This document shows, in pieces, positions 42,032 to 51,059 of a DNA stretch of 64,000 bases. The number at the start of each line of letters is the position of its first letter. Position 1 is the stretch's first letter. Origin of the DNA: Vulcanimicrobiales bacterium (GTDB lineage: Bacteria; Vulcanimicrobiota; Vulcanimicrobiia; Vulcanimicrobiales; Vulcanimicrobiaceae); NCBI GenBank assembly GCA_038215615.1, contig JBBQQR010000001.1, positions 96,001 through 160,000 of the forward strand, given 5' to 3'. The position numbers were made by a program, and so were the translations under genes. The notes below the pieces were generated by a model. That model was not told the origin of the DNA and made no database searches. It was given only the letters and a program-made list of their open reading frames with translations.

Positions 42032-42854
42032 CTGCGGCCGCATCAAATATACGAACGACCTGCCGATCTACGCGGCGTTTGACGAAGGCGTGCTCGAGTA
42101 CCCCGGATCGCTGCACGCGGACGTTCCGTCGGCGCTGAACCGATTGATGCTCGATAGCAAACTCGACGTCGGCCCGATCAGTGCGTTTGCTTACGCGGCA
42201 GACTTCGAGCGGTTCGTTCTGCTGCCTGACCTTTGCATCGGCGCGCGCGATGAAGTTATTTCGGTTGTGCTGGTATCGAGCGTTCCGCCGGCACTCCTTG
42301 ATGGCGCGGAGATTGCCGTTAGCTCCGAGTCGGCGACCGGACGAAATCTGCTGCGCGTTCTGCTCGAGCGCCGTTACGGCGTACACGCTCATTTTGTCGA
42401 AAGCGCCGACGCTGCGGCCGCTGCCAAAGAAGGCCGCGCGGCCCTGCTGATCGGCGATGCCGCGATCGACGCGCAGTTAGCGTTGCCGGTCGAACGCGTG
42501 TACGATCTCGGAACCCTCTGGCACGATTGGACCGGCGAGCAAACGGTTTTCGCCGTTTGGGTAGCGCGGCGCGAAGTCTACGAGCAGAACGCCCAGGACG
42601 TGCGCGCTTGTATGCACGCTCTCACGGACTCGTATACGTGGGCGCGGGGCAACATGGAAACCGTCATCGCGCGCGCTCAAAGCATCATCGCGCGTCCGCC
42701 GGGATTCTACGAAAACTACTACGCGAAGCTGAACTTTACGTTTCATTCGGCCGCGCAGCGGGGCTTAGCGGCATATTGCCGCGAGTTGCAAGCGATCGGC
42801 GCGATAGAAACGATGCCCCGCATACTTCCGGAGGCTATCGGTGTCGGTAGCTAG
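42024..42854 (+). CDS. mqnA: Chorismate dehydratase
   Basis: GRIKYTNDLP, SESATGRNL, LLIGDAA, DLGTLW..WTG..VFAVW. Confidence 0.9.
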   Translation: MLNCGRIKYTNDLPIYAAFDEGVLEYPGSLHADVPSALNRLMLDSKLDVGPISAFAYAADFERFVLLPDLCIGARDEVISVVLVSSVPPALLDGAEIAVSSESATGRNLLRVLLERRYGVHAHFVESADAAAAAKEGRAALLIGDAAIDAQLALPVERVYDLGTLWHDWTGEQTVFAVWVARREVYEQNAQDVRACMHALTDSYTWARGNMETVIARAQSIIARPPGFYENYYAKLNFTFHSAAQRGLAAYCRELQAIGAIETMPRILPEAIGVGS

Positions 42855-43923
42855 CCTGCTGGACCGCGCCGCATCGGGCGGCCGACTGACCTTTGAAGAG
42901 GGCGTCCGTATTTACCGCGAGGCCGACATTCACGATCTGGGTGCCGCCGCTCACGCGCGCCGCATGCAACTCTATCCCGAAGATGTCGTCACCTATGTGA
43001 TTGACACGACGATCAATTATACAAACGTCTGCAACGTGCACTGCACGTTCTGCGCGTTCTTTCGCCCGGAAAAACACGGCGAAGGCTACACGATGTCGCA
43101 CGACGACGTGCTCGCGCGCGTGAAGTATGCGGCTGATCAAGGCGCTACGCAGATCATGATTCAAGGCGGCGTGAACCCCGAGCTGCGACTTTCCTGGTTT
43201 GAGGAACTTTTCGCGCGCGTGCGCGCCGAGTATCCGGCGGTCGACCTGCATTCGCTCTCGGTCTCTGAGGTTGTCGGGCTTTCCACCGTCGAGCAGTTGC
43301 CGGTTCCGCAAATCCTGGGCCGCTTAAAAGAAGCGGGCATGAAGTCGCTGCCGGGAGCCGGCGCAGAGATTCTCGTCGAGCGGGTTCGCAAACGCATCAG
43401 CGCGCGCAAGGTCAAGCCGGAGGAATGGATCGGCGTTATGCGCGAGGCGCAAAAACTCGGGATGCCTACCACGGCGACGATGATGTTCGGTTCCATCGAA
43501 ACCGACGAAGAGCGCGTCGAGCATATGAACGTCATTCGCAATCTTCAAGACGAAATGGGCGGCTTCACCGCATTCATCCCCTGGTACTACGTTCCGTGGA
43601 AGACGCCGCTGCGCGGAAAAGAAGCGACCGGGTTAGAGTATCTGCGCGTGCTTGCGGTATCGCGGTTGTACCTCGATAATGTTCCGCATCTGCAAGCATC
43701 GTGGCTCACGCCGGGCTTGAAGATCGGGCAGGTCGCCTTATACTACGGCTGCGACGACATGGGAGGCACGATTCTCGAGGAGCAGGTCGTGCACGACGCC
43801 GGCTCGACCAATGCGGCGACGCGCAAGGACGTCGAAGAAATCATCATCAAGGCCGGATTCAAACCGGTCATCCGCGACACGTATTGGAATTTGCGGGCGG
43901 ACATGGCACTGGCCACGGCCTGA
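42841..43923 (+). CDS. mqnC: Cyclic dehypoxanthinyl futalosine synthase (radical SAM)
   Basis: NYTNVCNVHCTFCAF, QGGVNP, PGAGAEIL, TATMMFG, QASW. Confidence 0.9.
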   Translation: MSVASLLDRAASGGRLTFEEGVRIYREADIHDLGAAAHARRMQLYPEDVVTYVIDTTINYTNVCNVHCTFCAFFRPEKHGEGYTMSHDDVLARVKYAADQGATQIMIQGGVNPELRLSWFEELFARVRAEYPAVDLHSLSVSEVVGLSTVEQLPVPQILGRLKEAGMKSLPGAGAEILVERVRKRISARKVKPEEWIGVMREAQKLGMPTTATMMFGSIETDEERVEHMNVIRNLQDEMGGFTAFIPWYYVPWKTPLRGKEATGLEYLRVLAVSRLYLDNVPHLQASWLTPGLKIGQVALYYGCDDMGGTILEEQVVHDAGSTNAATRKDVEEIIIKAGFKPVIRDTYWNLRADMALATA

Positions 43924-45003
43924 TTAGTGGGTCGTGTCGATGGTGGCGGCGCCGAGCACTTCGTCGCCGTCCAGATCGAAGAGCGCAACCAACTGCCCCG
44001 GTGAGACCGACTTTTGCGGCGTTTCGAAATCTAAGCGCACCGAGTCGCCTTCAACCATAGCCACGGCTGGCTCTAAACTCGCACGGTAGCGCGTCATCGC
44101 GAGCACGCGAACCGCGGATCCGTTGAATCGTTCCGGCCTAATCAGGTTCAATTCGTTTGCCGTCAGCCCGGCTATGGCGAGTTCGTCCTCGCGTCCGATG
44201 ACGATAGTGTTGGTCGCTGCATCGATGCGCGTCACGTAACGCGCGCCGTCGCCGCTTGCGGGCAAACCTTGTCGTTGTCCGATCGTATAACCTGAAATGC
44301 CCGCGTGGCGGCCGACGATCTCGCCCGCGATCGTTACGACATCGCCTGCGCGCGCCGATTCGGGACGAAGCTCCGCCACGATGTCGCGGTAGTCGGCGCC
44401 TTCCACGAAGCAAATGTCCTGCGACTCGATCTTGTCGTGCACCGGCATGCCGAGCCGCTTCGCGTGCGCGCGCGTCGCCTGCTTGTCGAGCTCGCCAAGC
44501 GGAAGCATCAATCCTGAAAGTTGCGCGGGCGTGAGTTGGGCGAGTGCATATGCTTGATCTTTTGCATGCGTGCCGCGGCGCAAGTGCGGCCCGTCGGCGC
44601 GGAGATCGACGCGGGCGTAATGTCCGGTTGCGACGTACGGTGCGCCCAGCGAATCGGCATACTTGCGCAGCGTGCCGAGTTTGACGAAGTTGTTGCACGA
44701 GACGCACGGGTTGGGCGTGCGGCCCGCCGCGTATTCCTGTGCGAACCGGTCGATCACGCTGCGGCGGAACGTTTCCTCAAAATCGAGCACGTAGTGCGGA
44801 ATTCCGAGCGTAGCCGCGCTCCGGCGGGCGTCGTCAAAGTCGTCCACGCCGCAGCAGCTGCGGGCATGCGGCGCGCGCGTCTGCGAATACATCTTCATCG
44901 TGACGCCAATAACGTCGTAGCCCGCTTCCACCAGCAAGCCGGCTGCCACGGCCGAATCGACTCCGCCGCTCATTGCGGCGATTACGCGCGTTTTCTCCAT
45001 CAT
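43924..45003 (-). CDS. mnmA: tRNA 2-thiouridine(34) synthase
   Basis: AMSGGVDS, TPNPCVSCN, ATGHYA, ESQDICF, YTIGQRQG, PGQ. Confidence 0.96.
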   Translation of the reverse strand: MMEKTRVIAAMSGGVDSAVAAGLLVEAGYDVIGVTMKMYSQTRAPHARSCCGVDDFDDARRSAATLGIPHYVLDFEETFRRSVIDRFAQEYAAGRTPNPCVSCNNFVKLGTLRKYADSLGAPYVATGHYARVDLRADGPHLRRGTHAKDQAYALAQLTPAQLSGLMLPLGELDKQATRAHAKRLGMPVHDKIESQDICFVEGADYRDIVAELRPESARAGDVVTIAGEIVGRHAGISGYTIGQRQGLPASGDGARYVTRIDAATNTIVIGREDELAIAGLTANELNLIRPERFNGSAVRVLAMTRYRASLEPAVAMVEGDSVRLDFETPQKSVSPGQLVALFDLDGDEVLGAATIDTTH

Positions 45004-45048
45004 CTAAAAACACAGGATAACAGGATAGGGCCGCTAACAGAAGCTCAC

Positions 45049-45738
45049 ATGGGGCTGGGCGAACGCTTTCGGGCAACGCGCGAAGAACGTGGCCTCACTC
45101 TCTCTGAGGTAGGCGAGCAGCTGCGCATCCGTTCGGTCTATCTTTCGGCAATCGAGGAAGAAAACTGGAAGGCGATCGGCGCGCCGGTCTACATCCGGGG
45201 CTTCCTGCGCACCTACGCTCGCTTCTTGGGACTCGACCCCGAAGAGGCCGTCGGCGAATTCAACACCGCCAGCGGCGTCGCGGCATCATCGGCGCCCGCG
45301 GTCCAGAGCCGCGCCTCAGGGCAGCGGAGCATGAAGCCGCTGCTGTGGATTGCCGGGATCGTCGCGATAGCACTGATCGGTTTCGTGATTTTCGTTTATG
45401 TCTCGCCGCCTCGCGCCGTGACCACTGCGCAGAGCGCGGCTCCGGCTGCATCTCCAACATCTGCTGCGGCCACGCAGCCTCCGCCGGCGCAGCCGAAGCC
45501 GCTGCCGGCGCGAACGCTTGCACTGAATGTAACGTCCGCATCTTGGCTCAGGGTAACCATTGACGGGAATGTTAGTATGGAGGGTATATTTCCGCGCGGT
45601 ACGAGCAAGATATTTCATGGCAAGATCGCGGTGGTACGCGCCGGTAATGCGGCGGGCATCGCGCTAACCGTGGACGGGAAACCTATTGGAAGACTTGGCG
45701 GCGCGGGCGACGTAGTTGAAAAGAGTTTTACGTTATAA
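45049..45738 (+). CDS. rodZ: RodZ-like HTH/TM/DUF4115 protein
   Basis: GERFRATRE HTH, YIRGFLRTYARFLGLD, single TM, SWLRVTIDG, GNAAGI. Confidence 0.85.
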   Translation: MGLGERFRATREERGLTLSEVGEQLRIRSVYLSAIEEENWKAIGAPVYIRGFLRTYARFLGLDPEEAVGEFNTASGVAASSAPAVQSRASGQRSMKPLLWIAGIVAIALIGFVIFVYVSPPRAVTTAQSAAPAASPTSAAATQPPPAQPKPLPARTLALNVTSASWLRVTIDGNVSMEGIFPRGTSKIFHGKIAVVRAGNAAGIALTVDGKPIGRLGGAGDVVEKSFTL

Positions 45739-45741
45739 TTT

Positions 45742-46236
45742 ATGCCTACAGATGCATCATTCGATATCGTCTCGCGGGTCGATCAACAGGAACTCGATAA
45801 CGCGTTAAACCAGACGCGCAAAGAGATTGCGGGCCGTTTCGATTTCAAGCACAGCAAGACCACTATCGAATACGACGGGAAAAAAGTCATCACGATCGTC
45901 TCCGACGACGAATTGAAGATGAAGAACGTCGTCGACATGCTCCAGTCGAAGGCGGTCAAACGCGGCATCGATCTGAAGAGCTTGGAACTGGGAACGGTGG
46001 AACCCGCCGCCGGCGACACGGTCCGGCGGACGGTGACGCTCAAAACCGGCATACCCAAAGATAAAATCAAGCCGCTGATGGACGCCATCAAAGATATGAA
46101 GCTCAAAGTGAACGCGCAATATCAGGATGACCAAATTCGCGTTTCCGGAAAAAATAGGGACGACTTGCAGAAAGTCATCGCGCGGCTGCGCACGCTCAGC
46201 TATGAGCTGCCGCTGCAATTCGTCAATTACCGTTAG
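45742..46236 (+). CDS. yajQ: YajQ family nucleotide/c-di-GMP-binding protein
   Basis: SFDIVSRVD, RFDFK, RVSGKNRDDLQ, LQFVNYR. Confidence 0.94.
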   Translation: MPTDASFDIVSRVDQQELDNALNQTRKEIAGRFDFKHSKTTIEYDGKKVITIVSDDELKMKNVVDMLQSKAVKRGIDLKSLELGTVEPAAGDTVRRTVTLKTGIPKDKIKPLMDAIKDMKLKVNAQYQDDQIRVSGKNRDDLQKVIARLRTLSYELPLQFVNYR

Positions 46237-47555
46237 TGTCTAAACGCGTCTCTTTCGTGAGTTTGGGCTGCGCGAAGAACCTCGTCGACACCGAAGTTAT
46301 GATCGCGAAGCTCGGTGCGGCCGGCTGGGAGCTCTGCGCGGATTCCGCGCAGGCCGATACGGTCGTCGTGAACACGTGCGCGTTCATCGATCCGGCCAAA
46401 GCCGAGTCGACCGACGCCATCATGGAGCAGGCGCAGCGCAAGAAGCCGGAGCAGCAGTTGATCGTCGCCGGATGTCTGGCGCAGCGTTATGGCGAGCAGC
46501 TTCAGGCGCTCGTCCCCGAGATCGACGGCGTCGTGGGTACGGGGGCCTACGCGAGCATCGTCGAGGTGCTCACGGAAGCCGCAGCCGGCGCGCGGCCGGC
46601 GCGCCTGGGCTTCGAGCCGGAGCCCGAACACGATTTCTTGCCGCGTCTGGTCACGACGCCCCGGGCGACAGCCTATCTCAAGATCGCCGAGGGCTGCGAT
46701 CATCCGTGCACGTTTTGCATCATCCCGCAGCTGCGCGGTCGTTTCCGCAGCCGCAGCGAGGAATCTCTACTAAAGGAAGCGCGCGCGCTGGCCCAAGCCG
46801 GGACGCGCGAATTAGTCCTCATCGCGCAAGACTCGTCGATGTGGGGACGCGACCGCGGTTTTCGCCGCGGAGGGTTGGCGCATTTGCTGCGCGGCTTACA
46901 CGAGATCGAAGGCCTGGAGTGGATTCGTCTTCTCTATCTCTATCCGGCCACGATCGATAGCGAGCTGATCGCGGCCATCGCCGAGCTACCGAAGGTTTGC
47001 AAGTACATCGACATGCCGCTACAGCACGCGCATCCGGAGATCTTGCGCGCGATGCTGCGCCCCGGAAACGGCGAGCGTTACTTAGAGATTCTCGAAGATT
47101 TTCGCAGCCGCATCCCCGGCATCACCATGCGCTCGACGTTCATCGTCGGATTTCCGGGCGAGCGCGAAGAGCACGTGGCGTACATGGAAGAGTGGATCGG
47201 CCGCGCGCAGCTCGACCGCGTAGGGTTTTTTCAGTACAGCAGCGAGCAAGGTACTCCCGGCGCGACGCTTCCGGATCACGTGCCTGCGCGCGAACAGCGG
47301 CGGCGTCTGGTTCGCTTGCGCGAGGGTCAGCGAGTTGCGTCGCTGGCGGCGCGATCGCGCCGGCTCGGCAGTACGGTTCGAGTCCTGGTTGAAAGCCGCA
47401 CGCGGCGCGGGTGGGCCGGCCGTTCGATGGGCGAGGCACCGGGGGTGGACGGCGCGATTCATTTTACCGGCGACGCGTCACCGGGTGAATTTGTGGATGT
47501 CACGCTCGAGCGCACTACCGCGTTCGATTTCCATGGCCGGATAGCGCATGGGTAA
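46236..47555 (+). CDS. rimO: Ribosomal protein S12 methylthiotransferase
   Basis: SLGCAKNLVD, NTCAFI, GCLAQRY, EGCDHPCTFC, APGVDG TRAM domain. Confidence 0.95.
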   Translation: MSKRVSFVSLGCAKNLVDTEVMIAKLGAAGWELCADSAQADTVVVNTCAFIDPAKAESTDAIMEQAQRKKPEQQLIVAGCLAQRYGEQLQALVPEIDGVVGTGAYASIVEVLTEAAAGARPARLGFEPEPEHDFLPRLVTTPRATAYLKIAEGCDHPCTFCIIPQLRGRFRSRSEESLLKEARALAQAGTRELVLIAQDSSMWGRDRGFRRGGLAHLLRGLHEIEGLEWIRLLYLYPATIDSELIAAIAELPKVCKYIDMPLQHAHPEILRAMLRPGNGERYLEILEDFRSRIPGITMRSTFIVGFPGEREEHVAYMEEWIGRAQLDRVGFFQYSSEQGTPGATLPDHVPAREQRRRLVRLREGQRVASLAARSRRLGSTVRVLVESRTRRGWAGRSMGEAPGVDGAIHFTGDASPGEFVDVTLERTTAFDFHGRIAHG

Positions 47556-48939
47556 ACATATTCGTCCCGACGATTATTTGGAACCGCAGGCGCGAACGCG
47601 CGCGCCTGTCTTCAAACGCGTTGCGATCGCCGCGGGTATCGTTGTCGCGGGCATCATCGCGGTGCTCGCCGGAATGTCGGTCGCACAGCGCAAACCGGTT
47701 TGGCAAATTGTAGCAACAGTGTTGACGCCTTCGCCGCAGCAGGTCTTCGGCAGGAATAGCATTTTAGTTTTGGTGGAAGGGCTGGATTACGATTACACCG
47801 CCAAAGATGAAGAGTATTCGACCCAAGCGCGCAGCGACGTCATTTGGGCCGTCAATCTCGATTTCATAACGCACCGCATTTATCAGCTGGCAATTCCGCG
47901 CGACATGGTCGCAACGTTTCCAGGCGGAGGCCGGCAGAAAATTAACCAGGCTCAGTCCGAAGGCGGCGTCCGGGAAGCGCAATCGGTTATCTCGCAATTT
48001 CTCGGAATCCCCGGTTTCGATCGCTACATGGTTTTCCGGCCCGATTCAACGCAAGATTTCGTCAATTCACTTGGCGGCATCGATGTCAAGGTTGTGAACT
48101 CGGATTGTCTGATACATCCGCACAATTGCATCAACGGTCCACTGGATTACGACGACAGCTGGGGACATCTTCACATTCATCTCAAGCCCGGCTTGCAGCA
48201 TCTCAATGGCGTACAAGCCGTTGGATACATGCGTTTCCGGCATGACTGGTGCGGCGATCCGTGCCGGATCATGCGCCAGCAGGTTGTTTTGCATGCGCTC
48301 CTGCACCGGCTGACCGCCGACAAAGTCAACACGCTGCTCCACATGAACGACTTATTGGGCGCCATCAACCGCGACGTGCAGACCAACCTTTCGCGCCAAG
48401 AAGAGATCAGCATAGCAACGGCTTTCGCTGACATGACGCCGCAAGCGCTGACGACGAAGCAAGTCCCCTATGTCGCCGATGTCACGCTGCCTGACGGCGG
48501 CGCGGCGATCGTTCCCGATGAAACAAAGCGCGCCCAGCTCGTCCGCACGATGCTGATCGCGCCGCCGCGGCCAACGACGCCACCCGATCCCGGAGCGCTC
48601 GCTGCCGTAGCACCCGGCTCCGTACGCGTTGACATCGAAAACGGAACCGGCGTGCCCGGCCTGGCAAAGCGTGTCGCCGCGCTGCTGCGTTCGGAAGGCT
48701 TCAAAATCGCGCAAGTTGGCAATGCCTCTTCCGGAAACGTCGCGACGACCGAAGTGCACGAACACTCGCACGTCGCCAACGCCGGACTGAAAGTACGCAA
48801 CGGTTTAGGCTCGCGCGCGAGCCGCGTGCCGGTCATTTCTGAGGCGATCTCTTCTCAGACGCCTTCTCCAAGCGACGTTACGGTGATTATCGGTGACGAT
48901 CTCGTCACCGTGATGAGCTCTCTGCCGGCTTCGCAATGA
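47548..48939 (+). CDS. LCP (LytR-CpsA-Psr) family protein with LytR C-terminal domain
   Basis: TM, RSDVI, IPRD, KINQA, YMRFRH..GD..RIMRQQ, ENGTGVPGLA. Confidence 0.9.
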   Translation: MGKHIRPDDYLEPQARTRAPVFKRVAIAAGIVVAGIIAVLAGMSVAQRKPVWQIVATVLTPSPQQVFGRNSILVLVEGLDYDYTAKDEEYSTQARSDVIWAVNLDFITHRIYQLAIPRDMVATFPGGGRQKINQAQSEGGVREAQSVISQFLGIPGFDRYMVFRPDSTQDFVNSLGGIDVKVVNSDCLIHPHNCINGPLDYDDSWGHLHIHLKPGLQHLNGVQAVGYMRFRHDWCGDPCRIMRQQVVLHALLHRLTADKVNTLLHMNDLLGAINRDVQTNLSRQEEISIATAFADMTPQALTTKQVPYVADVTLPDGGAAIVPDETKRAQLVRTMLIAPPRPTTPPDPGALAAVAPGSVRVDIENGTGVPGLAKRVAALLRSEGFKIAQVGNASSGNVATTEVHEHSHVANAGLKVRNGLGSRASRVPVISEAISSQTPSPSDVTVIIGDDLVTVMSSLPASQ

Positions 48940-49760
48940 AGCATTGGCGCGCGATCGCGATCGCGCTGGTCTGCGCGGCGCTAGCCGTTGGTGCGTTCCG
49001 TCTTTTCGAGCACACCGCGCATCTACAGCCGGCGCTGGTGACGCCGAACATGGACGCGCAGCAAGCGCTCTCGCCTTCGCTCGCCGGGCACGTAAAGCGG
49101 TTGTTGCGCGAACAGCAACTGTACGGCAACCGGGCGGGCCGGCCGAAGCTTATCGCGCTGACGTTCGACGACGGACCATATCCGGTGTTTACGCCGCTGC
49201 TCCTGGACGCGCTCGACAAGTTAAAGATTCCGGCGACATTTTTTCTGATCGGCCACGACGCCCAGCAATGGCCCGAACTCACCACGCGCATCGAACAAAA
49301 CGGCGACGAAGTCGCGAATCATACGCAGACGCATCCCGACCTCGATCTCTTGACCGGCGCGCAGGTCCGTCGCGAAATCGTCGACGGGCGCACATCGCTA
49401 GATGCGCTCGTGCACGATCCCGCGATCGATCGATTTTTCCGGCCGCCGCACGGCCGCTACACGGTCGCTGTGGTGAAGACGGCCCAGTCGCTCGGTTACA
49501 CAACCGTCCTGTGGAACGACGACCCAGGGGACTGGCGGAGCAGCCGAACGACTCCGCGGGAACTCGACGCCCACATCCGCCGGTATGCGACTGCGCCGGA
49601 CATCGTGCTCCTGCATAGTGGAAAGCTGGCGACCATCGAGATGCTGCCCAGCCTGGCGGCCGCCTTCCGCTCGGCAGGGTACCGGTTCGTCACGTTGGGA
49701 AGCCTTATGAGGGCCGTTCCCTACGACGACGTGAACCATCCGGCCAAGCATCCCGTTTAG
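48936..49760 (+). CDS. Polysaccharide deacetylase (CE4/NodB)
   Basis: LTFDDGP, NHTQTHP, FRPPHG, DPGDW, IVLLH. Confidence 0.92.
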   Translation: MKHWRAIAIALVCAALAVGAFRLFEHTAHLQPALVTPNMDAQQALSPSLAGHVKRLLREQQLYGNRAGRPKLIALTFDDGPYPVFTPLLLDALDKLKIPATFFLIGHDAQQWPELTTRIEQNGDEVANHTQTHPDLDLLTGAQVRREIVDGRTSLDALVHDPAIDRFFRPPHGRYTVAVVKTAQSLGYTTVLWNDDPGDWRSSRTTPRELDAHIRRYATAPDIVLLHSGKLATIEMLPSLAAAFRSAGYRFVTLGSLMRAVPYDDVNHPAKHPV

Positions 49761-49767
49761 AGCCTGA

Positions 49768-49902
49768 ATGCCTCGGCAAATCATCGATACGGAATCGAGC
49801 CGGCCCCGGTACGTCCGGCGGGTGGCCTGGACGATCGTGACCGTCTTCCTCGTCGTTGCCCTGCTGGCCATCGCCTTCGCCCTGCATTTTCCAGGAAAGT
49901 GA
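49768..49902 (+). CDS. Small single-pass membrane protein (44 aa)
   Basis: Manual translation MPRQIIDTESSRPRYVRRVAWTIVTVFLVVALLAIAFALHFPGK; fills the intergenic gap; below the ORF track cutoff. Confidence 0.55.
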   Translation: MPRQIIDTESSRPRYVRRVAWTIVTVFLVVALLAIAFALHFPGK

Positions 49903-49946
49903 TCCGCGCTGCGGGTATCCTGGGAAGCCACCCATCTAGGAGAACT

Positions 49947-51059
49947 ATGCTGCGCCGTTCCTTCCCCGGACTGATCCTTGCCCTGGCATGCGCCGCTGCG
50001 TTTGCCGCCTGCAGTGCCACAGGAACCAGCATCCCGTCGAGCGGCGGAGTGCAGGGTCTGGGTCCGAACTTCGTGACGAACACGCTGTACGTGACCAACA
50101 CCACGCAAAATGTGGTGGAACTCTACACGCCCAGCCCGGCGGCGGCAGCGACGCCCCAGTACGCTATCGGCGGATCGAATACGCAGCTGAACGGCCCGCA
50201 GTACGATGCCTTCGACAGCACTCGCCGGCTGTACGTCACCAACTACAATCCCGGAACCCAAATCGGCTCGCTCATCATCTATCAGACGTTTGCGACCGGG
50301 AACGTGCTGCCGCTTGCGACGCTTGGCGGCGCGGGCACGCTCATCGATCAGCCGCACGGCATCACCATCCTGAGCGACGGCACGGTCGTTATCGCCAACA
50401 CGTCGCCGAACGGTTCGTTCCCCAATGCGGTGCTCGTGTTCACGCCGCTGAATTCGTCCTCGGTTCCGATTCTATCCGTGGTCATCGCGGGAAGCCTGAC
50501 GCAGCTCAGTGCGCCGACCGGCGTATCATCGGATTCGACCAAGAAAATTTTCGTCGCCAATCGCGGCTCCGGCACAATCACGGCCTACGTCGTGCCAACG
50601 CCGACTCCGATTCCGTCGACCACGCCCTCACCGACGCCGACCCCGACCACCAGTCCGTCGTCCTCGCCCTCGCCGACGCCCGCTCCGTTCAACAACAACG
50701 TTGCGCCGAACATCGTGATCGGCGGAGCGCTGACGGGGTTGATCGCGCCAACCGGAATCACGCTCGACGCGAACAATGTGATCTATGTCGTCGACCCCGA
50801 CAACGGGGTTCCGAGCGTGCGCGTGTTCGCGGCCGGCGCGAACGGCAACGTGGCGCCCGTCCGCGTCATCAGCGGCGCGCTGACGCAACTTTCGAATCCG
50901 CTCGACGTTAAAGTTGACGCCGCCGGAAATATCTACGTCACCGACGCGGGAGCGAACAAACTCTTGATCTACGGCCCCGGTGCGAGCGGGAACGTCGCGC
51001 CCACGGTCGCGATCACACTGCCGGTAGGCAGCGTAACAGGGCTCTCACTATCGCCCTAG
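49947..51059 (+). CDS. Lipoprotein with NHL-like beta-propeller repeats and a Pro/Thr-rich insert
   Basis: AGGAG SD, lipobox FAAC, repeated IGG..T.L..P.G..D units, PTPTP linker. Confidence 0.85.
   Translation: MLRRSFPGLILALACAAAFAACSATGTSIPSSGGVQGLGPNFVTNTLYVTNTTQNVVELYTPSPAAAATPQYAIGGSNTQLNGPQYDAFDSTRRLYVTNYNPGTQIGSLIIYQTFATGNVLPLATLGGAGTLIDQPHGITILSDGTVVIANTSPNGSFPNAVLVFTPLNSSSVPILSVVIAGSLTQLSAPTGVSSDSTKKIFVANRGSGTITAYVVPTPTPIPSTTPSPTPTPTTSPSSSPSPTPAPFNNNVAPNIVIGGALTGLIAPTGITLDANNVIYVVDPDNGVPSVRVFAAGANGNVAPVRVISGALTQLSNPLDVKVDAAGNIYVTDAGANKLLIYGPGASGNVAPTVAITLPVGSVTGLSLSP

Noticed and set aside
40883..43923. Two radical SAM genes as a novel RiPP or cofactor cluster
   Set aside because: Fully explained by the futalosine pathway genes mqnE-mqnA-mqnC
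50590..50690. Repetitive CCGAC-rich tract
   Set aside because: Encodes the Pro/Thr/Ser linker of the lipoprotein; not a CRISPR or DNA repeat array
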